A stretch of 64,000 bases of DNA, taken from Paramecium tetraurelia. Taxonomy: Eukaryota. The stretch lies in assembly GCA_000165425.1 (NCBI GenBank), contig CT868540.1:372001-436000 (forward strand), in the 5' to 3' direction. The notes under the pieces are model-generated. The model was given only the letters and a program-made list of their open reading frames with translations, did not search any database and was not told the DNA's origin. The translations under genes were made by a program, and so were the position numbers. Of this stretch, positions 1 to 12,693 are shown one piece after another (within the stretch, counting starts at the first letter, position 1; the number at the start of each line of letters is the position of its first letter).

Positions 1-957
1 TACTCTCGACTATCTTTAAATTAGGAATCAATCTAAAATATGAATTTAAAAATTAATAAAGATCTTTAGATTATTTAGTTAAAGTCTTATACAACCCTTA
101 TAGTAATTCAAGATTTTGTCTAATCTAAGTGCTTGACTCTATTTTTTTACTTCCAAAATACTTTTTATTTTGCATAATTATTGTTACTAATTCTTATTTT
201 TAGGTCTTCTAGATTATGAATTCTCCTAAAAATAAATAGTTTTATAAATTATATATCAGTAAGTTTCTAAAATTTACATTATTAGTTGAGAAGACATGCT
301 AATCAAAAAAGCAATTTACCACAACAATTATCTAAAATTTATAATATAATATTTTTACTCCTGTTTTTATTAATATCAAAATTTATCTAAATTTCTTGCT
401 ATTATCAATCAAAAGGTTCTCTAGTGCTTAAAAATGCACTCCATCAATCACTTCTTAAAATCTATTGATTGAATCCACTAATTCACTCACATCCTTGACT
501 ATTTAAAATGAAATAATATTACTTTCCTCATTGCATCAATCAAATTAATGATAGAGTAGTAAAGCTTAACATATGAATCTAAGTTGTCTTCTAAATTTTC
601 TACTATCTCTATCTTCTAATGTGTAGATCTTTTGATTATTGATACTGATCGATTATTATCTTCTTTGGGTTTTAAATCAACTTATGATTGTGACTATCTA
701 GTTTCACTTTAAGGAGGAGATTCTTCCTTTTGTAATGGATTCAATTTGCTTTATTTGATATTAATAACCAATTTTTTTTCAGATGTGACCACTTTAACCC
801 TGATCTTTTTGATCTCAAAATTCTTTTTGGATGGTTTTCTAACAGATTTAGATTTAATGACAGGCAATTATTCTGTTTCATCATAATCTAAATTGGTTTT
901 AAAGGGAGAATTGTCATGATTGACAACAATTTATTATGTTGGTTTATTTTTTCTCAT
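1..957 (-). CDS. Hypothetical protein, 3' end runs off the window (MRKNKPTQQIVVNHDNSPF...)
   Basis: ATG at 957 after an AT-rich spacer; open under code 6; 24-nt GT-AG intron at 499-522; no recognisable domain. Confidence 0.6.
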
Positions 958-982
958 TTATTATTTTATATTAAAATATATA

Positions 983-2222
983 TCAGTACTCAGAATTACA
1001 TCTTTTCTTTGTTTACTAAATTATTTAGCTGAAATTTTGTAAAGAAACATTATATTTATGCTTGATAAGTTATTACTCTTTCTTGCCCTAAATAATAAAT
1101 TATTTTAATTTTTAAAAATTGTTTTCTAAAGCAATTTATGATTTAATCAACAGTTCATTTGTGCTTTCCAATTCACTAACATATCTATTCATATCCTCCA
1201 ACTAAATTTCTAAAGCTTTGTTTAGAAGCAATTCATCCTACAATTTTGTCTTGCATTAATTTAATTCTTTTTAGAGAGTTTTATTTTAATCAGCAAAAGA
1301 TGTTAGTTGAATTAATAATTTATTAGGATTAATGTAATATCCATTTTTATTTTAAGGAGTTGATGATTTGCTTGTGATAAATAATTTCTGGTCCATTTAT
1401 AATACTTTATCCAATTGAATTTATTATTCTTCTTACTCCAATTATTTTTCAACTGTCAATTACTATATTTTTTGGGCTTTACCTAAATTTAATTTTGGAA
1501 TTGGAATTTAATGATTCTGTGTCGTAGAAATCTAAGGAGGTAAAAAGTCAACAAAACTCGATTCATTCAATTATGGACTCTATTCATTTAGCTATTTATT
1601 GTTATCTTCAGTTTTATCATTTTTTACTATATCTATGATCATTTACAATTTCTTATTCTCTTACTTTTGTATCCTATTTTCTTCATAGTATTTGATGAGC
1701 ATTTTGTACATTGCTTCCAATTAGTTCTAAAAGGACAAGTATTCATTCTGTATTGATATAGGCTTTTATAGGTTTATATTAATACTATTTTAGTTCTCAT
1801 TCTTTTTTTCTATAGCAAACCTTATAACTATTCATTTAATTCAACTATTTGATTATCCTTCACAAGAAGTTAATTCTATAGGTCGATCAGCTTTATTTAT
1901 TTCTCACTTTGAATATCCAAGATTCTTTAAGAATTTTCCATCCCTATTTATTACAGAAGCAAATTCTAACAATCATAAAATCAAAAAACCTATGCTCTCA
2001 AATCATCTCTTTATTTTATTAAGTCTTCATTAAAAGAAAACAATTTACAATTTTCTTCTATTAAGTGAGAGAGCATATTTTGAGTGTCAGTGCCTTCATA
2101 AGACTCAGTCTTACAAACTTCTAAAGTAATCAAAGGTCCATTTGGCAAAGTCTAATATATTTTAACCTTATTACATTAGTACTGGTTTATCCTCTGTATA
2201 TTTTTAGGATCTCTTTATTCAT
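983..2222 (-). CDS. Hypothetical coiled-coil protein
   Basis: ATG 2222 (MNKEILKNIQRIKPVL), 23-nt intron ~2152-2174, Q/E/K-rich helical text, ends KKRCNSEY-TGA at 983. Confidence 0.65.
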
Positions 2223-2387
2223 TTGAATTAGTTATCTTAACTCCTTATTTTCTTCAGTCAGTATTTTGATTTCTTGTTACAAAAAATTTAATTTTGTATC
2301 GAAACTACTCATAAAATAATTAATAAAAAGAAACAATCTTGTAAATACATTTTACTACTCATATCTAATAATAGTGCAGAACTGAAA

Positions 2388-3873
2388 ATGCAAATAAAGT
2401 TTCAATTGAATGTACTCAATACCCTTATAATATGTGTACACCTCACGAAAATTTGAAAGAAACTATGATGATGTGTTTTTAGAATTCAAAAATCAATACC
2501 TCTTAACATAGTTCTTAATCAATCAATAATACAATTCACTTAGTAAGTTTATAATTCATTCACATGGAATTATATTATCATTTAATAAGTTTTTGTAATG
2601 GAAACTCAAGAAAAATACTTTTACTATACTTGGAGAGATAAACCAAAATAATCTTAGTTGTGTTAGAATGACAAAAAAGTTAATGTAATACAATTAATTA
2701 AATTCAGGTTTTATGCCAAATAAGTGAATCACTTTTACAATCTTAATAAACTCAATCTGATCAAAAGCATCTTGCTTTTTGGCAATTAAAAAGAAAAAAT
2801 AGTATTGTTGAGTAAAACTCTCAATCTTAGATCAATACTACTCGAATATAAACAAGAAGAAATTCTGTTGTGACTGGATAGGAATCTTAAATTAAGACTT
2901 CAAGAAAAACTCATTAAACAAATAAAAGCTAAATTGAGAATGAATTAACAAAAAAAAAGAAAATTAGAGGAAGTTATATTGATGAATAATCAAGAAGAAG
3001 ATTAAGTAGATTTTTATCAAATTATGAGATCTGTAACATACTTCATAAAAGAAGTTTATCAAGATAAGATAATTAGATTTATGTTGAAGATATCGATAAG
3101 GAAATGGTTACAGCTTAAATTAAATCAATTCAAAATCAATAAATTCGTTTTCAATTTCATTAATCAAATAAATAAATCATACAAGAAAAAAAATATGATA
3201 ATCAAATTAATGATATGATTAATATGAAATAATCAACTTTTAAGTCTGTTTTTTAATAAATACAACGTCTTACTAATGAATAAAGAAAAAAAAGAGTACC
3301 TGTTACATAACATAAAATGCTTAAATCAAGAACTAAATTAATCAATTGTTCTCATAAAATACGGGAGAGATTTCAAAAAATTTTAAAATAAGTGTTATTT
3401 GTTGCTAAATATAAGTGTAGAGTTGATTTTTGGTTTGAGTATCCAATCAAATATAATAATTAATTCTATGAATCAATTATAGAAGGCAATTAGGATGGCA
3501 TCATTTTGATATTATCGAAGGATCCATATCTAATTCATAGCAGAAACAAAGATGGGTAAACTCCATTGCATATTGCTTGCATTTGCAATAACGCTCTTTT
3601 GGTTAAATTATTCATTAAAAATGGCAGTAATATTGAAGCCTTAGATAATAAATAGTTATCGCCTTTATATTATTCGTTTAAATCCAATTCTAATGATTGT
3701 TTTAAAGTAAATAACATATTTAGATAATTTAGATCTTACTTAACTCTAAAGCCAAACCATGGTCGCCACCAGGAGGAAAATTAGATCAATATTAAATGAA
3801 TGTTGTGCAAAAAAATTTACTGATGCATGCTCGTTTAATTTATATATTTACTATTTGGAAAATAAAAAAATGA
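2388..3873 (+). CDS. Ankyrin-repeat protein (start codon uncertain; ATGs at ~2388, ~2431 and ~2598)
   Basis: C-terminal RNKDGQTPLHIACICNNALLVKLFIKNGSNIEALDNKQLSPLYYS is an ankyrin repeat; tiny intron ~3707-3732; TGA 3871-3873. Confidence 0.7.
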
Positions 3874-3886
3874 TTAATTATTTAAA

Positions 3887-6058
3887 ATGAATTTTATTAA
3901 GGGTATATTCAATAAAGTAGTAGGAACATAATAACCATTAGTTGAATAAGAGATATTTGATTTTGTAATCTTAGGAACACTCTTTAAAGAGGATGAAGCT
4001 AAGTACACAAAATTGTAAGTAATTTTATATATGTTTAGATCATCTAATACAGAATTTGTATTTGACAAATTATCAAATGATGAATTCGATCATATTCTTA
4101 TTGTTCGATTACAAAGAGCCTCTAAACCATATAATAATGCTATTAGTTCAAAAGAAGGAGACTATTATTTTAATATTTCATTTTTTAAATCAATTTGCCA
4201 TTCATCATTAAGTGATCAAGTAGAGGAGTTCAGTTTAGATTTAGTGTATCAAATTAATATATTAATTTAGAGATATATAAGGTATTAAATGGAATATAAG
4301 GATGCATTTTTTAAAGAATACAAAGTCAGACAATTTAAAAATTTAAAATTTTAAATTGTTTTTAAGCAAATTAATATGGATTTAGAAGAACAAAAAGGCA
4401 CTTCCAAAAAATTCGGCTGAATTGAATGATGTGATTCCTGCAAAATAATCTTCTAAGTTAGAGATGCATAATCTAGTCTAATAGAAACAGATGAAGAAAA
4501 CATTGAAGAAAGTTGATAGATCAATTTTATCATAACCAACAACAAGAACTAGATAGGAGAAGGAAAGTATAGGAGATGTTATCAATTATTTTTTACAACA
4601 AGACATTGATTCTATTAAGTAAATATATACTGGAAAGTTGTATGTCCTTTATCCTGAATTAGCAGAAATTAGACTCATTAATCCATTAGTGGTTATGGCA
4701 TTAAATATTATATCTAAAACAGAATGCAGAATGGAATTATACAATCAAGATAGACAATTATTATTAATTTAATCATTAAAAGACTTCATTAGTTTTGAAG
4801 TAGATAAAGATGAGAATTATTTAAGTTGGGTTTATTTTGATGGATACAATTCAATTGTAATATATTTCAAATTCGATGTTTTGGATGGAGCAACATCTAT
4901 GGCCTTCATTTTATAGAGATCAAGAATAAATATGAAATAAAAAAAGAATTTATAATTAGATACCTCATGTAGTTCTATCTCTACAGCAACTACAATTAAT
5001 ATAAATGAGACATAAGTTTAATAAATTTAATAAAAAAAATAGAAAAAATACTTATATAAAGATAATTTAAATACAATAAAGGAGGGTTTGAAGATAACAA
5101 AAACGAAAAAAATCATTCATAGTGAAAATGATAATTTAATAATTTTAGAAGATAAAACTATTTCATTTATAAAGAATAATAAACACATTTAGATTAATTA
5201 ATAAATTAAATTTGATAAATCATGTCTAGGACATAACTCCTAGAAATTAATCCTTTATTAATAGTTTTCATAAGAATTGCAACTTATAAATTTAGGAACT
5301 GAAACTCAGGAAATTGTTAAGTTAAACTTTTAGATTGTTGATGCTTGTTCTTATGAAAAATAATTCATTTTGTTAAGTAACTCTTAAGTTTATGTTCTAA
5401 ATGAAGATAAAACTATTTAAAAAAGTAAATTTTAATTTTAATATAATAGTTAATTCAATTGATTAAAATTTGAAGGATAACTATGCAATTGTAAGAAGTT
5501 CAATAAATGGGTCTATTGTTATTGGCTCTTAATAAGGTTTTGTATTTGTCTTTGATAATATAAAAACTATGAAATAAGTCAATACTTTTGAAGGCTTGGG
5601 GGATCCCATTTCAGACATTCTTTTAAGTGCAGATGAGAGGTAAATTATAATTTATATAATAGATTTATTATTATTAACAATTCTCAGTATATTTAATTTT
5701 AATAAGTAATAACAAATCTCCAGAATGGCTATTAATAACGTCTAGAATTAAAACCATTTCCAATAAGAGTTTAATTAAATCCAGAGGATTTGATTTTGAT
5801 GGGAATATTTGATTATCCTAATTTCTAGCATGTGAGAATAGATAACAATAATAAAGTTATTGCAGCCTAAATTGAAAATTTACAAGTAATTTGGAATATT
5901 GAATAAATCATTAATTAGTCACATAATTCATATCAAGTAATAGTAGATAATATATTTAGATTTTCATTCTCCCTGAAGAAACATTTGATTAATAATTTAG
6001 AGATGAAGATTTACTAATTCTTTCAGAATCAAATATATATGTCAGAGAATGTGATTGA
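3887..6058 (+). CDS. VID27/CYPRO4-like beta-propeller protein
   Basis: MNFIKGIFNKVVG start; C-terminal GSIVIGSQQGFVFVFD...FEGLGDPISDILLSADERFI resembles the VID27 C-terminal motif (LGDPI.GIDVSADG.WI); several ~25-nt introns; TGA 6056-6058. Confidence 0.65.
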
Positions 6059-6123
6059 TATATTTTATAAATTAGAAATTAACTGTTATTTTGATAATAC
6101 TTAGAATACATAAATTAATAATA

Positions 6124-8139
6124 TCAATCTGTAAAGAAGTCATTTAATACTTAATCCAGATTTTAATAATGTTTTTTAACATCTTCTTCCACTCGTTTAA
6201 GAACTTCTTTTTTACTTTCAACTTATGATGGTTGTGATTATTATTTTTAAATTTATTGTTATTTTTATTATTATTGTTATGGAGGCTATTCAACTTTTTA
6301 TGGTGGCACTATTATTTCAACTTTTCTTTTTTCACTTGTATCTTCATTTAAATAAGTTGGAAATTTCAATCCTGGCAAATGAATTCCAACTAAGTGTGAC
6401 AATGATCCAATGGGAAGTTTGTGCAATTCTAAAGTAGGAGCAACACATTCTTCTTCCAAAACAAGAGTTTCCTTAAATTCTATACTTTTTGACAAGGTTC
6501 TAAAAAGATCTCGAACCAAGAGACTTGAGTCAAATTTAGCTAAAGTCATTATATATTAATGCAACAATTCTATATGTTATTCTTGATGGATCGCTTATAT
6601 TTAATGGCTTAGTAATAAAATCTAATATTAATTAAAATAAATTTACCTCATATTTAACGTTTTCATGCTATTAAGAAAAAGTTAATGATAATTTTCTTAA
6701 GCTTTCAGCAGCAATAGTTGGTATTTAGTCTATTTCCTATCTGAGTAGTTTGATCACAGTAGCTTTATATCTAATATCACTTATATCATCAATATTTTAA
6801 AGACAAATAGCTAAAAGAGGTAGTTTACTTTCTTGAGTGCTAATTAAATTGCAAAAAGATGCAATTACATGATTCTTAGTGTCAGAACTTCCAGTTTTTA
6901 GAATATCTAGAAGTGATTTAATAGTTCTTTTGATGAATTTTGGAAATTTTATTGTAGTTTTTGATAATAACTTGACAGCTACTGCTACTAATTATGGTTA
7001 ATTTGATCTGGCTTAATATAACAATTCTTCTAGAATATTGTTGAAATTATTTTCATCTATCAATAAGGATAGAATTTCTAATTTTAGTAATTTACAATAT
7101 AGTTTTTCAATTTAGAGAATTGTAAGTGCTCTATAATGCGTCTTTTACATATTATGGATATGAGAGTGCAAATTGATGTAACATTTAAAGGATTATAAAT
7201 TTGGATTCAGATCCTATATTTAAAAATTTAACAATGGTTCTGATAAGTTTCTTAATTCTTGATTCTTAAGGGAACTAAAGGAATAGTCTAGATACTGCTT
7301 AAACTATTCCTGGATAAGGTAATTTTAAAAGGATTTCACAAGCATCCAATAATTTGATTAGATCCTTATCTCCTTCCTTAAAATACATCACACTATATTA
7401 ATATAATAATTGAAGGGCTCTTTCCAGATCAAAACTATTAAAATTTAGCAAATCTTTGATAAGTTAAAAATAGTATTTATGTAATATTGAGAGATCACCT
7501 GTAATTTTGAAAATCACATAGATAGCTTATAATCTAGTTTGATGAGTGTCTTTTAGCAGAAAATTGATAACATCATTATAATCATCTGGTTAAACATCCT
7601 CACTACACATATCATGCATTTTAAGAATTGATAAGGCAACACTTCTTCTTACCAATCCATTTTTATCTGCTTAAATCTTTCTTATTGCTGTAAAGAGCAT
7701 TGGTGTAAGTTCTTAGATTCTTAAACTTGATAATGTTTTCAAAGCATTTAATTTAATTGAAGTGTTTTAATTAGTTAAATCTTTAAAAATAGGAGCTGTA
7801 GCCAAAATAAGGACATCTCCTTGAGATTTACTGGTTCTTGCATTTGGCTAAGCTGCAAATTCACTTATCAATATTTAACATAATCTCTTTAATTCCAGGT
7901 CCTCTCTAGGAAGTAAATTAATTATTCTTGACATATAAAGTGTTAGATCCTTGTTTTATAAGTATTACTATTATTATAGATGAAATTGATACGCAGTATA
8001 AAATTCTGATTGCTTCAACTAAGTCTTCAGTATATTTAGAATTGATGAGTTCAGCCAATTTATTATTTCTGCTTGAGTAGATCGAAAGAGAACTATTTCC
8101 AAATGCTTTGCCAATTTTATCTGGGAGCACAGATAGCAT
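6124..8139 (-). CDS. Adaptor protein complex beta subunit, AP-3 beta-like (trunk only)
   Basis: Adaptin_N motifs DLELKRL, LNALKTLSSLRI, DKNGLVRRSVA, AKFDSSLLVRD, plus AP-3-beta-like IGSLSHLVG; ends VLNDFFTD-TGA at 6124. Confidence 0.75.
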
Positions 8140-8500
8140 AACACGTAAATAATATTATTTTTAATTTATGAATTAATAATTAAATAATTAGTTATTTACA
8201 AATCTCTTTGTTAAATTCTTAAAGTCATAAGCCTTATGAAATGTTTTTATAGATAATTATTTGTGGAACCTTTCAATAATTTTTCTGCTACAAGAGCAGT
8301 CATAGAATTTATTGCCATCCTAGTTTAATTTTAAAAATTAATTGTTTAAGCTATTAGAATTGAATCATTTCGTCCTAAGTATTAGTGGATAGCAAAATAA
8401 GCCTGAATCGCATTGCATATTCAATTAAAATCATCTTTTTCCAACATATTTAATCAAGAAAATAATATTGAGGGTGATTTAACAAAGATATTAAAGCTTT

Positions 8501-8536
8501 TTAAGTATTGAATTCATATACGAATTCAATACTTAA
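8501..8536. repeat. Perfect 15-bp inverted repeat with 6-nt loop
   Basis: TTAAGTATTGAATTC-atatac-GAATTCAATACTTAA read directly from the sequence. Confidence 0.9.
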
Positions 8537-8784
8537 TATTATTTCTTAATAGGAATCTTTTTAATAAAGATGCAGATCTTAGATTGATCCATAATTTCAA
8601 TGACATAGCTTAAGAAAATTCATATAATTTAAATCTTGATAAGTATTAGAAAATGCTTTATTAAGCTTGGATACCTTTTTCAATTTAATAGTTTGAATAT
8701 TTATTTTCTTTAGATTTATCAAAAAATAAATTATAAATTAATATTAAATTATTTTGATAATTATTTATAACAATAATTACTCAA

Positions 8785-9399
8785 TCATTTTTTGTTCATT
8801 GTCCCTCCATATTTTACTTTTCCTAATAAAAACTCACAAACAGCCACAGGTGCTTTTTCTTTCATTTCATCCAATGAAATCCACTTTTAATCAGTTGAAT
8901 CTTCGAAACACACTAAAAAATCTACTCTTCCATTATCGTGTCTAACTTGTTTGACTTAACAAGGTTTACTTTTTCTTGGCTTATGAGGACCATTTCCTGT
9001 ATTATTGTTAAGCACATTATCAACATCTTTCTATATTTACTATTGTTTTGGTTTATCTGAAATTTTTTCTTGAGGCTTTTCAATAATTTTTTCAGTTTTC
9101 TCAACTTTATCCACTTTGTCATTTGACCTTTTTTCTTTTTTTTGTTCCTCTAATTTTTTCCCATTATTGTTTTGATTGATAATTTAAGTGTCTTGTTTTA
9201 TATGTTTTTGAGGTTTAGGTTCTTGAGGGTCATGCCCTAATTGTTTTAATTCATAATCATGGACTAGAACCAGCATTTCAGGAGTTAATTGAGTCATGGG
9301 TTCAATTGATACTGAGTTGTTACTCCATCTGAACTTATACATGATGGCTTCAGGTTCAATCTTTTTCTTCAATAATTCAACAGGATGTTTTGAATTCAT
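8785..9399 (-). CDS. HP1-like protein: divergent chromodomain, charged hinge, chromoshadow-like domain (204 aa, intronless)
   Basis: N-term VELLKKKIEPEAIMYKFRWSNNSVSIEPMTQL; K/E/Q-rich hinge; C-term KPCQVKQVRHDNGRVDFLVCFEDSTDQKWISLDEMKEKAPVAVCEFLL matches the chromoshadow pattern; 615-nt frame. Confidence 0.75.
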
Positions 9400-9643
9400 A
9401 ATAGATAAATTAATTATTAAGAGAAGGCTCTATCAATGTTTATGTAGGACAATTATTGCAATGGTTTATCAAAATATTATATAACATTTATTGTTTAATT
9501 TTAGTTTGAGTTTCATAAAAAAAATACACAATATTTGAAATAATAAATAATTTTATAATTTCTTTTTTCACTTCTATAATCTGGTTATAATATTTGTTTA
9601 TTTTATTTATAATCTTTAAAAAATTGAATAATTTAAATATAAA

Positions 9644-10585
9644 ATGGCAAATATACATAGATTGGGTGATAATAATGATTAGTAAAATAATTATCAGAAC
9701 TTGGGGGGGTAATGGAAGACAACAGATGATTTCTATATTCGGTAAGCAAATTCATTTAAAGATATCAAGGAGGGATGGATGCAGACCCAAGAGGTGAGAA
9801 TTTTTTTGATATGTTGAAAAAATCATTCTGTCCAAGACTTAAACTTATTTCATTTACTACAATAGTCTCAGCATTGATTATAATTCTATACATCACAATG
9901 TTAGGAGTTGGAGGAATAAATAAACATGATCGATTTTTATCAGTTTATGAGAAAACCTTGAATGATTTTGGTGGAAATGATCCAGATGATGTTAAATCCA
10001 ACTATGAAATTTTCAGATGGGTGACATCCTTACTCTTAGTTGGAGACTTCTATAATCTAATACTTGCGATCTTTATGATATTAATATGCTATTCGATATT
10101 AGAAGCCACATAAGGATTGAATTTAACATTAATAGTGTTTTTTGGGGCAGGAGCATGTGGTGCCCTATTTGGAGATTTGTGCAATATTTGCAAATACAGA
10201 ACTTACTCTGAAACCTTTTCTTGCATATACGCTTGTGTAGGGTTCTTGATAGGAGTATATATTTTTATTATATATTTAATAGTACATAATTCTATATTGG
10301 AAGAAATTAGATTCTTTGGGTGAAATGAAATGCGCTGTGGTGTGTTTCGTTGCTATAGTAGTAATATTTGTTATGATCTTCACTTTTGGATCTGGACAAA
10401 ATAATTTTTATGACAATTTTGGAGAATTGGGAGGTTTCTTGGGAGGTTTATTCATCGCCATGAGTTTGGTTCAAGTGCCTTAGAGTGGGGAATTTGAGGG
10501 CATATGTAGAAAGGTCGGATATGGATTTCTGGGAGTGCAAGTTGGATTGAGTATAATTTTGTTATATTCTTTGTCATGCAGCTGA
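9644..10585 (+). CDS. Rhomboid-family membrane protein, predicted catalytically inactive
   Basis: Multiple TM helices, YEIFRWVTSLLL (WR-like motif), GAGACGALFG, YDNFGELGGFLGG (catalytic His position is Glu); one tiny intron ~10255-10281. Confidence 0.75.
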
Positions 10586-10595
10586 TCATATAATT

Positions 10596-12648
10596 ATGAA
10601 TAATTTACCATTTAATAAATGGACCCTTGGCTTCATTAATAAACAATATGAAGATCTTTATGAAACGGAGATGAATAAATACAGGCAGTCATACTTTAGA
10701 ATTATAGAAGTGATCATTTTGATATTGTGCATCCTCTTCTTCATCTTTAGTTTGCTGGAAGGGAGATAAATCATCATATCTGTGATTTTAGCAGTTTCAA
10801 GCATAGCCATTTTCTTAGCTTTAATATATGGCCAGAGATTTGCATCGAAGGTTCGATACTATTACTTTTTAATGTATGTGACATCCTTAGCAACAAGCTT
10901 GTATGTAGCATCTCAAACTATTCAAAAGTAATTTGTAGTTCTAATTATATAAGATCCCCATTTCTTTACGGATACTCATCTGCGACCATAGCAATAATCT
11001 AATTCCTCTTCAGTCACTTCAAATTACGCCTATTTACACTTTTAATAGTCCCAATAGTCTAACTTTATATTTTAGATGTACTAACTCTAGAAGACTTTGG
11101 ATATATCGTTCTTGTATTTATGACATAATTGTTAATTGTACTCTACTCTCATTATAATGAATTCATGTTTCGCTTGGCCTTTTCCTACATGCTCTATAAT
11201 CTTAAATTGAAGTAACTCCTTATTATTATAATATAAGAGACATCTCTGAGGAATACATTCCACATTCCTTCTTAGCACTTAGTCTTAATGTCAGAAATAA
11301 CTAATTCTAACTTGAATTCCAAAATCAAATAGGCAGAACGAATTTAAATGTTGAAGATTCGAAAACTTTAATTGAAATGATGAGAAATACCTATGTTGTA
11401 CCCAAAGGTTAAATACCCACAAGTGTTGATTTATAGAATATTAACATCTAAAGATCAGGTGATTTGTCAATGAGAAGATTAACCAAGAAGTAAACGCTGG
11501 AGGAGTTTGCATTCTACAAGATTAAACAAAATTTATCAGTGGATGAATAATAATCGAAGGATGAGGCTGAGGAAATGGAAGGTGTGTTTTACAACCAAGT
11601 GAAAGAAAAGAATGTAATTGTCAGTATTGACATTAAAAATCTCAGTTTTGGCAAGAACTACTTATTACTTGTAGTAAAGGAAGAAAAATAACCTTAAATG
11701 ATGTCAAAAAGCGAAGAACAAATTCGATTCCTAAGTAAAATTATTTAATTTGCTTCCAATTAATTGTCAGCTTCACATTAACATTTATATAAAGAAATCA
11801 CTGGATTAAAGTTGGGTTAGATTGATAATAATAAAATTTGGCAGATCAAATGTATTAATTTATCCATTATGAGCCATTATTAAAACTTTTACTTTTTTGT
11901 TAATTACACTCAAATCAATAATTTCTTAGCCGCCTATAATCAAATCAACCTCAAATATTTTCTTATTAACTTACAATAGCATTTTTCTTACATGTGTATG
12001 AAAATGAAAAAGTAGTTCCTTTATGAATTAAAACTAGATGATTTTATGATTAAAGTAAATTCTAAATTTCTCTCATAAATTGTCTTTAACATTTTCGAAT
12101 AATGTCTAAAATAATCAGACTCCAATTCTACTATTAATCTGAGTGTAAAAAGCGAATTGAATTTGAATCCCTTATAAAACAATATTGTTGAAAAAAAGTG
12201 TCTACAAGAACTCGACTTCATTGAAAAAGTTGCTGAGGAGTCTTAAGAGAGTCCCACAAAAATAGAATTTTAAAAACTCGTAAAATTTGAATTTACTTTT
12301 CTTTCAAGTACATAGGTAGAATTATAATAGGAGACTTCTTTAATTTTAAATCCATAAACTTACGAAGATTATCATTTCAATAACAATTAAGAATTTCAAT
12401 TAAATCATCCTATAACAAACTTTTTACTAAAGAAGATTGGCCCCTACAATTCTATCCAATATTCCTAGAATGTCTATTGTGATCATTAATGCTAACAAGC
12501 TGTTATAGTATTCCCTTCGATGATGGATTTGATTTAATAACAAACCTTGTATTAGAATAAGATTAGCTTCTACATTTACTCAGATTAAACTTAGTTGACA
12601 CAATCATTTATTAAATACGCACAATAGAAGTCGTTTTTATAACCTTGA
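10596..12648 (+). CDS. Multi-pass membrane protein with a degenerate histidine-kinase-like cytoplasmic region
   Basis: MNNLPFNKWTLGF..YEDLY start, ~5-6 TM helices, long cytoplasmic tail ending LKKIGPYNSI...NKISFYIY; TGA 12646-12648. The family call is from recalled patterns only. Confidence 0.55.
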
Positions 12649-12693
12649 TTTTTAATTTTATAAATTATATTCTCAATCTTAAATAATAAAATT

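Noticed and set aside
6200..6300. TTA/TTG microsatellite-like tract
   Set aside because: Poly-Gln codons (TAA/CAA) of the AP-3 beta hinge on the minus strand.
8190..8758. Long plus frame with two internal TGAs as a recoded gene
   Set aside because: With TGA as the only stop, such frames arise by chance, and there is no recognisable protein.
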